From Phoronis australis (Eukaryota > Animalia > Phoronida): a DNA stretch of 64,000 bases. The stretch's first letter is position 1, and the number at the start of each line of letters is the position of its first letter. Positions 46,416 to 59,850 of this stretch are shown one piece after another. The position numbers and the translations under genes were made by a program. Under the pieces are notes generated by a model. It ran no database searches. It worked only from the letters and a program-made list of their open reading frames with translations, and had not been told where the DNA came from. The stretch is from the NCBI GenBank assembly GCA_002633005.1, contig NMRA01000350.1, forward strand, positions 379,642 to 443,641, written 5' to 3'.

Positions 46416-49400
46416 TAAGAGAACTATACAGATCCGGGGCATTTTTATATATGAAACCTTTACTGTGGGGTTGCAAAAAATTGTGGGGTATATATAATGC
46501 CCCACAATTTCAGACCTATCAGAAACTGTTCTTTGGTATGCACAGTGTCTCCACGTGTATTCTCTCAACAACTTGGTTTCATAAGAACATCCTATATATA
46601 ACTCTGATCAGGCCCTCCCAAAAGATGTCACTGTTAATGAGTGCCCTGCTCCAGACAGTCATATGTGACCTACATTGGTGCAGTGTTATGTAATGCCCAT
46701 TAACTTAGTTGACCTTCCACTGTAACAAGAATCTGAGGTTTTGATTTTAGTGTTATAGAGTTGGAGTTGAACATCCGTTTCAGAGTTTGAGTTGAGACAC
46801 GTTTTACTTCGTTTTATCTGAAATGAGTATGTTTGAGTAGAAGATGGTACATTCAAGATCCAAGTCTATGGTAAGTCTTTCAAATTTCTTAATATTTTGA
46901 TTATTTAAGTTATTGCAAATTCATGTATTAGACTGGCATAATCATGGCTAACATGTATTTGGCAGTGTCCTACAAACTATTTCTAATGCAGAAGATGCGG
47001 TCAAATACTCGCATCTGTCCCTCCTAAAAATATTTCAAAATCTAACCACCCCTTTATTATGAGCTGAAGAATGTCTTTTACTATAAAAATTCAAGAGAGT
47101 TGTAGATTTCTTTGCTTTGTATCGCTGAGAATTCTTGCACTTCGTAAGATTTTCCAGATTCACTGCGATATGGTACCTTTTCTAAGAGAACTCCTTACAA
47201 TTAAATGGGTGCCCTTTCAATAGCGATTCTCCTACGAAATTCGTCCATTTTGTGGACTGGAACGCTACAAAAGGCCCTCTAAGATGGAATCCCAGTATCA
47301 AATGGATAAGCAATAACTATGCATATAAAAAATTTTAATAAGAAGCATTTACACTAAAACATATCGTGAGGCATTGAGTCAAATCACTCATAAAACTTTT
47401 GCAGTTTGGTCTGGTTATCGTAAATGTCAAGCACAAACTTTTCATTAAAGAATATTTTACACTTCAAACAAGCGTGAAAAATTAACGACCAAAGGTATAG
47501 ATATGCTGTGATGTTTGCCCAGTTCTTTAAATGTGAGTATCTTCTTAATGAAGCATGAAACAGTTCATGTTTTCACATTGATTCAATGTGAGGGGTCTAG
47601 TATCAACCTTAGATCCTTTTCAACCCTTACATGAAGCCTTTGAAATCAGTGTCTGAAAACCAAATCTCAAACTTGAAATGGGAAATTCCAGGGTTAAATA
47701 ATTTCCTGAAGTTATTTTGTGTGAGTTGCCAAATTATACAGGTTCTCAAATCTTTACTAACTATGTGCCTAGAATGTGTATTCACTAAATATATTTTCTG
47801 TTGTCATTAAAAGGACGGCACAAACACTAGAGCAGCAGGTGCTGGATAGATCACTGCATTTATAATTTGTTTCAGATGAAGAAGTGAGGGAGTGCCGTTT
47901 TCGTCACAAGGTGTTCAGTTCTGCAAAAATAACCATGAATTTACTCTGATAGATCGTCTGAAAGGTATTTCTTGCAACTAAAATTACTTGTTTTTCAAAT
48001 TTTACNTACATGACATACCTTTCAGACGATCTATCAGAAAATTCTTGATTATTTTAGCAGAACTGAACACCTTGTGACGAAAACAGCATCGATCACTTCT
48101 TCATCTGAAACAAATTATAAATGCAGTGATCTATGCTGCACCTTTACATTTGCATTCATTTGTTTGGCTTACTTAAATATTTCTTCTAAATTTCCATTAA
48201 CATGAGTTTGAAAGTTTTTAAGTTATTTTGCTACATTAAATGGGTCACCTAGTTAACAATAAATATGTTGCGAAGAAAACTGTTGCAAATAACGAAATGT
48301 GCAATATGCTAGTTGATGTATGTCTGAAAAAGAGGCTCATATGCTGATGGAATAAGGATCAAAATGACTCTAATGAAAGAATTAAATCAAAGTAGCCATT
48401 AATTATGACCTCGCACTCATGAGTTTAAAAACTTAAAATAGTGGACACCTTGCAGAAATGTGTAGAATCTAAGAAAATGTGTAATATGTATGTTTCCCAT
48501 AATACTTCATTTATGTGAAACTCACACTCCTACTTAACTCACCCATGTGAAGTTGCATGTTTCCTTACTCTGAGAAAACAAGCACCAAATTCTATCTTCA
48601 TCTGTGTCATTGTCACTTGAACTGAAAGGAGTGACAACAGTCTCATCTGGAAAAAATCAAAACTGTCAATAGAAATGAAATGTTGTCTATAGGCCAAAGG
48701 GTCTTCAGTCCGAAAACAATAGGAACTATAGCCCGAAGAGTCAATAGTCGGAATAGAAAACTTGTTAATAGTTTTTTTACATTATTCTGTAATATACGGA
48801 GTTAAATGTCTTCAGGATTTCAATTAATTTTACACCATTTTCTCCATCTTTTAAAATTCCGTAGAGCTGTGTGAAGCAGGCAAAGCTCTCTTTCGTGAGA
48901 TTGTGGTTATTCAATGAAAAACAACCTGAACAAGATACATGTACGAACACTTAGTTTGATGATTAAAAATATTCTAGGTGGCTACCGAGTTGGTAACGAC
49001 AGATAAAATTCCCCTTAATTTTACAGTGCTGTAGTGATAAAATAAGAGGTAAGCAGGCACCCTTCGTGTCGCTTTTAGCGCTGATTTTTAATAAAAAAGT
49101 GCATTGAACTCACAAACATGTAGGCATTTATTTTGACTCATGAGTAGGTATTCACATAGAGTCCGCAGTGGCAGATCTTGGATGTCGGAGAAAAAGGTCA
49201 AACAGCACATTTTCGAAAGCAAAGGTCCGCGTGCATTCCAAGTGGTCTCAGAAGGGGGCTCAAGCACAATTATAAAAGAAAATAGAAGCGTAACGCCCAG
49301 AAGCGATACGGTGGCAGTGACTTTCAGTCGCCCGTGGGGTGTGTCCTCAGGGCCCTTCGCCACCCCCCCCCTTTATTCACCTATGTATGTGACACCATAA

Positions 49401-52400
49401 CTATTTCTTTATCTTGAAATATTAATAAAAATTCCATTAATCGGCGAGCATACATGTATGCCTGGTGGTTGCGCGCACCGAAAAGTTCATCAATAATGCC
49501 GTCATCGGCGTAGCGCATTGATGGCGTAAGTTATCGCCTTGGGACTACGCCCCACTACACCATCACCTACGGCTCGTAGACCCTACATGAACGTTAAATT
49601 AAAAAAGTGGTTGCTACGATAAAATGTAAGAAGGTGGTTGGCTGCAAGTACATCCCACGTACACCATAACTACCGGTGGGTAGGCGCTATGTTGAACAGC
49701 ACAAAGGTAGTTGGCTGCGCCTACATGCACCTATGCCCCACTACAGCACTGTCAGACTATTGACCAATCGACCCAAAGACCCTTTGGACCACTCCATCCC
49801 TTGTTAAATCATTTAAGCAGACATCAAAGTTACTAAGAGAATTCTAAGATCATCTATATTTTTAAGTATTTTTTTCATAAGGTCTGGACTGGTGTATGTG
49901 CCCTCTTTTTAATGACAACAGAAAATATGTTTAGTGAATACAAATTTTAGGGACTTGGTTAGTAAAGATTTGAGAACCTGTACATTTTGGCAACTTAGAC
50001 AAAATAACTTCAGTAAATTATTTTACCTTGGATTTTCCCATTTCATGTTTGAGATTTGGTTTTCAGTCACTGATTTCCAAGGGCTCATTTAAGAGTTAAA
50101 AAGATCTAAGGTTGATACTAGATCACTCACATTGAATCAATGCCAAAACATGTACGAACCACAGCTTCTTGCTACATTAAGTAAAAACTCACATTTAAAG
50201 AACAGGCAAACAACACTGCATATTTATACGTTTGGTCACTAATTTTCCAGGCTTGTTTGAAGTGTAAAATATTTTTAAGGAAAAGTTTTTGGTTGACATT
50301 TAGGACTGGACCGGACCAAACTGCGAAAGTTTTATGAAAGATTTTACATAATTGCCTCACGATATGTTTTAGTGTAAATGCTAGTTTGTACATTTGCTTT
50401 TCCAGTATTTACTTCTTGTTAGAATTTGTAATATGTACAGTTATTTCTTATTCATTTGATCGATGGGTTACATCTTAGAGGGACTTTTGTAGCGTTGCAG
50501 TCCACAAAATGGACGTTTTTCTTAGGAAAATCGGTACTGAAAGGACACCCATTTGTAAGGAATTCTCTCAGAAAAGGCACCATTTCGCAGTGAATCTGAA
50601 AAATCTTACGAAGTGCAATTACTCAGCTCATAATACTAAGGGGGTGGTTAGATTTTGAAATATTTTAGGAGGGACAGATGCGAGTATTTGGTCGCATCTT
50701 CTGCATTAGAAATAGTTCCTAGGACTCTATTAAAAGCATGTTAGCCATCCATAATCACCACTCTGATACATGACATTGCAATTACTTTTATAATCAAAAT
50801 ATTATAGGAATTTGAAAGACTTACCATAGCCTTAGATCTCGGATGTACCATAGACTTAGATCTGGGATGTACCATCTTCCACACAAATATTCCTTTTTCA
50901 GATAAACCGAAATAAAACTTGTCTCCACTCAAACTCTAAGATGATGTCCAACCCCAACTCTATTAACACTAAAATCAAAACCTCAGACGCTTGTTGCAGT
51001 GGAAGGTCAAGTAACATAATATCCTCCATGGCCATTACATAACAATATGCCAATGTAGGTCACATATGGCACTCTGTAGCAGGACATGCATAATAACAGT
51101 GACATCTTTTGGGAGAGACTGCACAGAGTTATATATAGGATGTTGTGATGAAACCAAGTTGTTGAGAGAATACACGTGGAGGCACTGTGCATACCAAATA
51201 ACAGTTTCTGATAGGTCTGAAATTGTGGGGCATTATATATACCCCACAATTTTTCGTAACCCCACAGTAAAGGTCTCATATATAAAAATGCCCCGGATCT
51301 GTATAGTTCTCTTAGTATATATATATATATATATATATATATTCGGATTAACTTTTGTGTACCGGAAATGTCATTTTCAGTTTATAGCCATTGACTAGGG
51401 CATGTCTACAGTGACATGTTTCATCATCAGCGCCGAACCGTTCTCTTCAAAATCCTTGGTTCAGCTTCATGTAGGTCACACGAGAACCCTAGTAATGGCA
51501 CGCAAAATATGACGTAGGTCCTGGAGTGCGCCCTGTGCGTAGGCTTACTATCTCAAAAATTTGGATATCACGCAATTCTCTGTGGGACATCGTGAAGCAG
51601 CACAAGCGACACACGTGCTCTAACTAAGCTTTCTCTGGGGTCAGCTTGAGTTACTAATATTAACCCATGTGTGTTGTCCGCATGTAGATACCAGCGTGGT
51701 GACAAAAGCCTCATGTGATAGAGAGCCGTACATAGCGCCTCTGTCGGGGACTTACTTGTCGGCTTCCAGCAGGGCAAGTCAAAATGCTGACAGTAGGCAC
51801 TCGTATCTTCACTACAAAAAGTCTAAGAAGTGGGAAGTGGAGGCATGGATCCCGCATTATCAAGACAAAGATCCTTGGATTCAGGTACCATACATGTACA
51901 TGTACACATATTGAATATAAGAACGTTGTGCACACGGACTTACAGAAGAATATAGATACATACATAATGTATACGTATTTTGGTTAGCGAAACCTAGACA
52001 AAAGGGACTTTTAATCAAAATGAATAGGTCAATTGAAAAACAGTGGTTAAGATTATGTAAAAACCTAGAAAAACTCCTGAAAATCGTATCTCAAAAATAT
52101 CTGATCGGGTTCATAAGATATTTTCAGATACCATGCTTTATGTACATGTGTATTGTTTTTGAAGACTGTATTAAATAATGGTTTTTAAAATGTTCCACTT
52201 TTGCCTGAGGCGCTTAGGACTTTCGTAATATTCATGATGAAATATTAAGTTGCCTATAACGACAAGGAATTGATATTTTTAAACAGTAACATCTTTTTTG
52301 AGATCTCGTCTTGAAAATTTACATCAAATTAAAATTAGCCATGTCATTGATGCCGTTCTCTTGCCATCAATGTATCTTTCGTATTTGCTACATTTTATTA

Positions 52401-55400
52401 AATATAACTGGTCACGTCATTCAACTAATGGCAGATTAGTAGAAAGTCAAAAAGTTAAAAAGGTAGAATAGGACGAGTATCAGCGATTAACAGATTTTTT
52501 CATCGCTTTAAACTACATAGAAGTGGAAAGTGTGTCTATAAGGGTTATTATGACGCTCCATCCAAAGCACATGGTCAAGTCAATGGAACGACGAGACCGA
52601 GACTTCAGCGCTTTTTTCTTGTGCGCAATTTCGTAAGCTTCAACTGACACGTCTCTAAAAGACATTTTTTCAACTGGTGCCCAATATATTTTTCAACAAG
52701 ACGTTGACAAATGTCATCAAAACTGGTCTAGCTTCGTTGAAGTTATGGCAGAAACTAAGAGAAAAACGTGGCGCAATATAACATTAAACCGATTGAGAAG
52801 GGGTTGTCTCTCGACATTTTTTTGGACGGATGTTTTGTGAAAAGACAGTCTGTTGATAGTTACACTGTCTCTTCATGGTAGACTGGGGTAACATTTCCCT
52901 TCACGTTTCATGCGGTCAGATGTAAGATAGTGTCGAATTAAAGTTGTGAGAGACCCTTGAAAATGTTGATTAACATCGGAAAATCACAACCTTATTTGAA
53001 TGATCCGATTAGCATGAAAATTTTACATGATATGCTTGTTACACTGTTCTCCTGATTATTGTAAGGAACTTTTGTTTCAACTTTAATGGGCTATCAAAGA
53101 TTAGTTTTATGATTTTATGGAATAACTCAAAGTGTGTGACGAAAACAAAAGGATGGTTTAGAAAACTGAAATTACAGAGTTTCAGAGATTTCATCCTTTA
53201 CATGTATGTCGAACGAAATTGTTATATTGATCACGTTTTCCTATGAATGTACCATTCTTTTTTGCTAAATTTAACAAATGGACATGGTTACGCAATCCAA
53301 TAAATGACAGTCTTGGTATGAAGTCAAAAGTCAAATCTTTCAGGCTTTTTAAGTTAAAAAGTACACTTATGTTTTGTTAAAAATTTTTAGTTTTATACAT
53401 GTTTGATTCAAGACAGGCAGCACTGTCGATAAAGTCTTTCTAATCTTGACTAATTACATTACAACATACATTTATAATGCTGGAGACACACAAGCGATAA
53501 ACATACATTCAAAATGGAATAAACAATATGTTGGAACTTGTTTTTAGGTCGACCTCAGTGAGACAAAGGACATCTACGCCGTGGGTTACGCAGGGAGAGG
53601 TGACTTCCCGGCTTACATTAAGACATTCACAATAAGTTACAGCAACGATGGCAGTAACTGGACATTCACAGGTAATACTTAAAGATACTGAAACAAAGCT
53701 TCGTACGACCGACGGATTCGCAAGAAATCGCCAGGTCTTACGAATTCCGACATTCCGATAAAGCGGTCTTAGAGTTTTCTCAGTAAACTCGTACAGCCGC
53801 CGTTTAAAGAGGCATCGATATGATGGGCCATTGCGGGGAAAGTGTCGCCGGAAAAATACGAGCGTAATTGTGTACATTACGCCGTTATTTACGCCGTTAA
53901 TTACGCCGTAAAATTACGAGCGTAATTTAATTCTTTATGGCGTAAAATTACGCTCGTAATTTAGTTTAAACTATTAACCAATGACGTTGGGTTTTACAAT
54001 CCAAGATCGCGAGCGCTCATGAAAATACTTATATACTGACTGGTTTCATGTCTACGATACGAGCGCTGAATCATGGCGGATCAAATCGCTGCTGCCATGT
54101 CAGCGATTGTGCAAGAACGAGCTGCCCAGCAACAGTCGTGTATGTTAGGTCATCACTGATTGGTTTAAATTTGGAACTTTCGTAAGGTATTTTACGAGCG
54201 TAATATACGGCGACATTTACCCCATTTGATTTACGGGCGTAATTTTACCGCAACACTTTTGCAATTTAACTTACGCTAGTAATTACGAGCGTAATTTTAC
54301 GGCGAAACTTTTCCCCATTTAATTTAAGAGCGTAATTGTACGGCGACACTCCTGCAATTTAATTTACGCTCGTAATTACGAGCGTAATTTTACGGCGACA
54401 CTTTCCCCTCAACGGCCCACCATACATCGAAGGCAAAACTCGTTGACATACCGTTTAAACAGATCGTGGCGAATGTACTACTTGGAGATGATGATGTGAG
54501 TTATTCACTTTGAATATAATTTTTACAATAAATTGTCAGATTCACTATTTTGGAACGTAATAGACGAAATAAAAACTCATTCATCCTAATACAGATATCA
54601 ATACACAGACGGGGGTCTTACAGACCCTCCTAGGGGTAAGCACACGTTAGGCCTGCACTCAGTCTATGGGACTAACGCGCTTGTATGGTTGACGCGGAAT
54701 TCTGACAAATTCTAATAGTTCATACAATGTTTGTTTGTTCATTTGAGTAGCATCGAGATTTTAAGAAAACTGTGTATTTTCTTTTTTCGGAAAAAAATAA
54801 TTGAATAAGTAGCAACTCTGACTAACGTGTGGTACAGGCCCACTTTTATGTTTACTTAATATGTACATGTTTATATTAACACACAGGTAAAACCTATAAA
54901 GGACTCGAAGTAGAATCAAAAGACGGTGACTTGCGAAAACTTGCAAGGATTAGCTTACAACGGGAAATCGTTTTTCACGTGTTTAAGCCAATGCTTAGCG
55001 CTCGCTTCGTTAGACTTCACCCACTGGAAAGGTCGTTGGACAGTACTCAAAGAGCGGTCAGATGGGAGCTCTATGCACCCAAATGCAAAGGTTTGTGAAG
55101 CAATTTTCCAATAATGTTGAGTCACAAATCGTCGCGTTGTGCAACTATTTCCAAACGGTATTCGGAATTCACATTTTGCAGACGCATTGACAAACTGTTG
55201 CATGCATCTAGGTGAATTTTTCGAGTGAGATCACGACGAAAAATTATGTTATGTAGGGTCATCAGTTATGCCATTGATCTTATATCATAATTTTGTGCAC
55301 GCTCATTTGGTTCAATACCCGTCATTTCTTCATACAGCATTTTGGTATTCATATAAAAATACAAGGTTGCGCAAACTATATTTTGAAATAATAATGAACT

Positions 55401-58400
55401 GTTTAGATATCCCGTCAAACTGTTAGGCACTTTGTATACCCAATTGCGCCTTGGGAATCGTCACTATCTCATGTCACGTAAATTTCATTGAAAACACGCT
55501 TTAAATATTGAAATATTCTTCAAAAGAATCAATAACTCATTGTTCGATAAACTGTTACGTTTGAACTGAAACCACACTTGAACTTTGAGCATTAGCGTAA
55601 CTCTGCTAATTTTGAGATACAGAAACGAGGAGCTTTTGTGTTAGGTCAAATGGAACGTGTTGTTCGATACAAAACAATTTTTGTACTGGTAATCCCCACA
55701 AACACGACCATTTGCTTCTGATAAGTTGATCTTGAGATTGTTTGAGCGTACTCGATCGAAATTCCAGGTTTACATTGGTATTCAAAATTCACATCCCGAC
55801 GCTTCAACCATCCAAAGTCGCGTAATGTTTTGACAGTTTCGGAACATTACCTAAAGTGCACGTGACTGTAATGAGTAGAGTTATTTCGAAGCATGACGTT
55901 TCGTATTAGACGGTGCGTTTGACAACAACGATAGATCTTGCCTGGGGGTGATGACAGAGTATCAATGCTCCGAAAACTTAAGAAGGCAGAAATGTCCAAT
56001 CCTTTATTTGGAATTCGAGTTAAAAACGGTTGTGAGAGTTCAAAAGTTGTTCAAAAACTGCTTCGAATATCAGTAACCAATGGAAAGTGACCAAGAGTAT
56101 TATTGATCATAACAAAACAAATCAATGTCGTTACTTTGTCGTTCAAATACGGCGTGCAGTGAAGTCAGTGGCAGTGATTATAGTAGAAATCAAAAATTCT
56201 TGAAAAGAATCGCACAGTTAACATCCCCATCTTTCGAGATTTATCATCTCAACAGGTTAGCGTACTGTGAAATCCGCCGTAAAACTTCACCATGCAGTTG
56301 TAGTCAGTTACATCTCCTGTAAACGCCGTTTCTAGATAATCAGACTAGTCATGAACACACTCAGGGCGACAACAAAACTTTTTAAAGTTCTGAAAGTAAT
56401 AGCAAATTTGAATAATTCGTGAAAAGTATTCATTGTTAGGTTTGGAATTTTAAAAATTGTACAAGAATTGTGACTTTTATACCCAAAAATTTTGGAAAAA
56501 CGTTGCCAGTATCATTCTTCTCAGTATTTCTGAAGTTTATGTAGCATATTTTGGCCAATTACCATCCCCAGCAGGCAGCAGTTGGAAATTGATGCAAGCC
56601 TAGTGTTTTCGTATTAATATTCGATGCATACGTTCGCGTAATGTCAAACCCGAAAGAAAAAATACCTAATTTTTTTTAGTTAAAATTGAATTTAAAACAA
56701 GGAAGTCGGATTTGGCTTGGAATTCGTTGCAAAAGCTCCCGACCTTTTATTACGTGTAATACTTTAAGCAATAGTGTCATAGGAAATTTAGGACCGTTGT
56801 AACGAATGAGCTTGCTTGAGTATTTCTGTCGATTAAGTTTTTAAAAAGTACGGCTTCTCAGCTTAGCGAAGACTGGTGTGTACATCCACGTGGAGTCAGG
56901 CATAACACCGGTGAAATTGTTTGTTTGAACAGAACGTGGGAACACCGGTCTTATTGCTCAACGAAATGGAAATGGCCTATGGGGAGCTAACCGACACAAG
57001 ATGAACGCAAGGTTCTCATTATTGCATAGCAGTCTTGGATGGGCGGCTCCATACAATAAAATGCCTAACAACCACGCTATGGGCGTAAGTACATGTATTA
57101 CTCATTCGCATTGAATGCGTAATGTACCAATATGGAGTTTGAAGGCTCAGTCAAGCGTGATGAGATACGGCCGGTACCCAACACTCAGTAAAAGCTGCAT
57201 AGTCTAAGCCCTCAAACTGGTGCGCCTTTGCTAATCGTCACCACTTTCGCCCACCCAGAGCTCGTCATCAATTTTCACGAATCTGCCCCTTGTTGCATGG
57301 GCACACCCAGGGGTGGGGGGCTCGTGGGATTCGAACGAGCCCTCTGATTTGGCAAATTGGGCAAAGGCAAAAAGGTCAGTCTCCATGAAACAAAAAGTCG
57401 GATTAAACGAGACAAAAGGTCCACAAAGTCCACGGGAACTCGGCGCAGATACACAATTCGTAAGCCTGAACCTAGTGGTCTCCTTTTTTAGTCCTCGTTA
57501 AGTTTTTTTTTCAGTAAAAGATCTGCATATCAAAAACTCGAGCCCCCTTATAGAGTAGGATGGGTGCGCGCATGCGTTGTGGCCGTTGCGCCGCTGCTGC
57601 TGCCACGTGTACAGTAGTCATATTCTTCAATTGAATGTAAACTCGCATGCCATAAAAGGAATATTTTTAGTTACACCCAGCCGCTTTTTGAGATGGCTAG
57701 ACACGTTAATTTTGTTGTCTGGAACTTGAAATGTGAGCATTTTGAAACACCAGTCAAATGTGTTATTTTCGGAAGGCGATTCGTAAAAAAATGCTAATGA
57801 TGCGAAAGGTTTGCGAACAGAAAGAAGTTTTGATCCTACAAGTTTTGAAGACAACTGTGATGAAATAGGTCACAGTGACGACATACACAAGAAACAGACA
57901 GCTCAGAATAACGGACGGAGGAGAATATTCCCTGGTAAATAAATTTAATTGAAATTGAATTTCGTTCACGCAATAATTTTCACAGTAAGTGAGGAAGAAT
58001 ATATGTGATTTATTGTGATGTATCCTAACCGATTGTGTCTTGTCCTAAACCTGTTGCCAATTGTGGCGTATCGTAGCCGATTGGAGCGTATCACAGACGA
58101 TTTGTGAACAGCATGCTCACCCACGAAAATGGCTAAACGGTCAACAATATAATTATATGTCCTCCTGAATGTGTATCCGTCTCGTCGCTTTCATTTGCAA
58201 CGTAGAACCTTTTTGTGCCTTAATTCGATCACCCTCACTTCACACGGATGTTCTATAGTTTGATATAGGTAAGGTTAGACTGGTCAACGCTGTCGCACTT
58301 CAAGGAAAGAGAGAAGCTCTCGAATGGACGACAGCATTTCGCTTAACTTATCACAACGAAACCACGAAAAAATGGGTTGAATACACAGATAGCTCGGGGA

Positions 58401-58618
58401 AACGACAGGTGTTCAACGGCAACTTCGACCAGAACACCGTGATCTTGCATCCGTTGGAGCGTCCGATTATGACACGCTATGTGGCGATCATCCCGATGTC
58501 ATGGAACAACTGGCCGGCCTTGCGCTGGGAAGTATACGGACCTTCTGAAACCAACTTCCCTGGTGAGATCATGTACCCTGTAGCAGACAAAGAACTTACC
58601 TTGCATTATTTCTTGTGA
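45792..58618 (+). CDS. Secreted coiled-coil + tandem F5/8 type C (discoidin) protein, about 454 aa; exons 45792-46119, 51688-51884, 53548-53671, 54887-55090, 56933-57084, 58259-58618
   Basis: All joins GT-AG with consistent phases (1,0,1,1,0); total 1365 nt. Signal peptide MGAVALRILAYFVAGCVYA and heptad segment IQEYEEKILVLEQSIRDVKAQTTALDQAL. Domain 1 motifs LSASS, AWIP..QDKDPWIQ|VDL, YIKTFTISYSNDGSNW, ARFVRLHP, AVRWELY. Domain 2 motifs GWAA, FDIG...VNAVALQG, VFNGNFDQNTV, TRYVAIIPMSWNNWPALRWEVYG. Confidence 0.85.
46415..51315. mobile_element. 4.9-kb foldback DNA element with about 1.4-kb terminal inverted repeats, flanked by (TA)n on both sides
   Basis: Left arm 46415-~47830 is the diverged reverse complement of right arm ~49890-51315. 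Termini CTAAGAGAACTATACAGATCCGGGGC / GCCCCGGATCTGTATAGTTCTCTTAG. (TA)22 at 46371-46414 and about (TA)13 from 51316. No transposase ORF seen. Confidence 0.88.
47837..48143. repeat. Nested inverted repeat (about 135-bp arms) spanning the N at 48006
   Basis: ATAGATCACTGCATTTATAATTTGTTTCAGATGAAGAAGTGA...CTGATAGATCGTCTGAAAGGTAT is mirrored after the N, with several mismatches. Confidence 0.7.
53819..54424. mobile_element. 606-bp non-autonomous DNA transposon with 6-bp target duplication (CATCGA) and arrays of subterminal TTACG(A/C)(G/C)CGTAA-type motifs
   Basis: TIRs TATGATGGGCCATTGCGGGGAAAGTGTCGCCG / CGGCGACACTTTCCCCTCAACGGCCCACCATA; CATCGA at 53813-53818 and 54425-54430. Confidence 0.85.
57295..57575. 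mobile_element. MITE, copy 2 of the family at 1171-1412
   Basis: TIRs GCATGGGCACACCCA / TGGGTGCGCGCATGC; body matches the reverse complement of 1171-1412. Confidence 0.75.
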
Positions 58619-59328
58619 TTATGTATTTGGGCCTGAAGTTTACGCAATGAACTGAACCAACGAATAAGTACGGTGGCAATTCCAGTGTCGTCGACGTTTT
58701 TGATGTTTTGATTGATTCATGGACACTTCATGTGTTCCATGACCAGAAATGTGGCGTGGCAAGGTGGATTTTACTCGCTTTTGTCTAACACGATGTCGAT
58801 TTTGCCTGTATTCATAATTTAGGTTACGTTTTCATATGCTGAATTCGGCTTTTATAACATTTTTTACGTACGTCAACCTAAATCTACTGTAAACTTATCA
58901 ATACATCTGAGGAACTTCTGTGTTTACTAGATGTGTGTTACAAAAGCTAGACCTGCACAATATTACTCACCCCATGTTTGTGCTTTAGTAACAGCTAGTG
59001 AGCTGAACAAAATCTAAATTTGGTGTCGCCAGTATTCCTTTCCTGTTGCTTGCAATTTCCGATCATGTTTACGCTTACGTGTGTTTCAGATCCGAAATGC
59101 CTTTGGTGATCCCGAACAGACCTGCCGAGAAAAGCGGTGCTTTCAACAAATCTGCGAATTAGAAATGGCATGTTCACGTTAAAAAAATAAAAAAACTACT
59201 TAATTATGCATGACGGGTTTTTTGTGCTCGATATTTCCTCAAATCAGCAACATTGGCAGAGTCCTGTTACATGTTGTATAATGCCCGTTCTAATCTATCT
59301 TTCAGTTCTGTAACAATAGGAACGTCCC

Positions 59329-59481
59329 GCCTCCCGTTCAGTAAGGCTAGGACCTCGCTAAAACGCAAGCCTTCGCGAGATTACGTGAGATATTGCCGTG
59401 TATTTTAAATCAGAACACGTGACCCTGACTAGACATTAGCTAGGTCCTAGCGTAGGTGCTAGCGTCTACTGAGCGCACGCC
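59329..59481. mobile_element. MITE, copy 2 of the family at 14462-14618
   Basis: Full-length reverse-complement similarity to 14462-14618. Confidence 0.75.
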
Positions 59482-59689
59482 CGGATTACACATCGACACT
59501 CGAATCTTGTTGTATGTACCCACAATTCCGCAAACATCCGTCAGGCACATTTGTTGTCTCGTTTCCGTGTCTTTGGAATTCCACTTGATATTTGTTGTTG
59601 TCTGATTATTTGTAAGTTTTTCTCGTCGGCATTAGTCTATTCGTCTTTCCAATGCTAACAAAGTTTTGGTGATGTTCTGTTGTCTGCAA

Positions 59690-59850
59690 CTCCGCCTTGA
59701 AAAAGTTTGATAACTGGACAAATACCCGTGGAGGCGTGATGTGAAGTTCTTCGCCTTCCCAACATCGATGAAAAAACAGTTAAATGGGCAGCAAATTGGT
59801 AAAATAAATTCGTCAAGTCATTTTTGAACGGAAAAGGCAAAATTCCCTTA
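59690..59850 (-). pseudogene. Possible decayed Crypton/DUF3504-type tyrosine-recombinase fragment
   Basis: Frameshifted minus-strand pieces DLTNLFYQF..FFIDVGK..GEEL..LHGYLSSYQ resemble the L..F...VRK.DGEEY...L....SS.QR motif as I remember it; short and broken. Confidence 0.25.

Noticed and set aside
46353-51398. Paired similar ORFs (46451-46693 / 51007-51279 and 46353-46571 / 51066-51398)
   Set aside because: They are the two arms of the inverted repeat and run into TA microsatellites; no protein features.
51381-51512. Possible extra discoidin exon after the TTTTCAG at 51380
   Set aside because: Stop codon within five codons in the phase required by exon 1; motif similarity unconvincing.
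53870-54400. Short regularly recurring repeats superficially like a CRISPR array
   Set aside because: Eukaryotic context, no constant-length unique spacers, no cas genes; the repeats lie within a TIR/TSD-bounded element.
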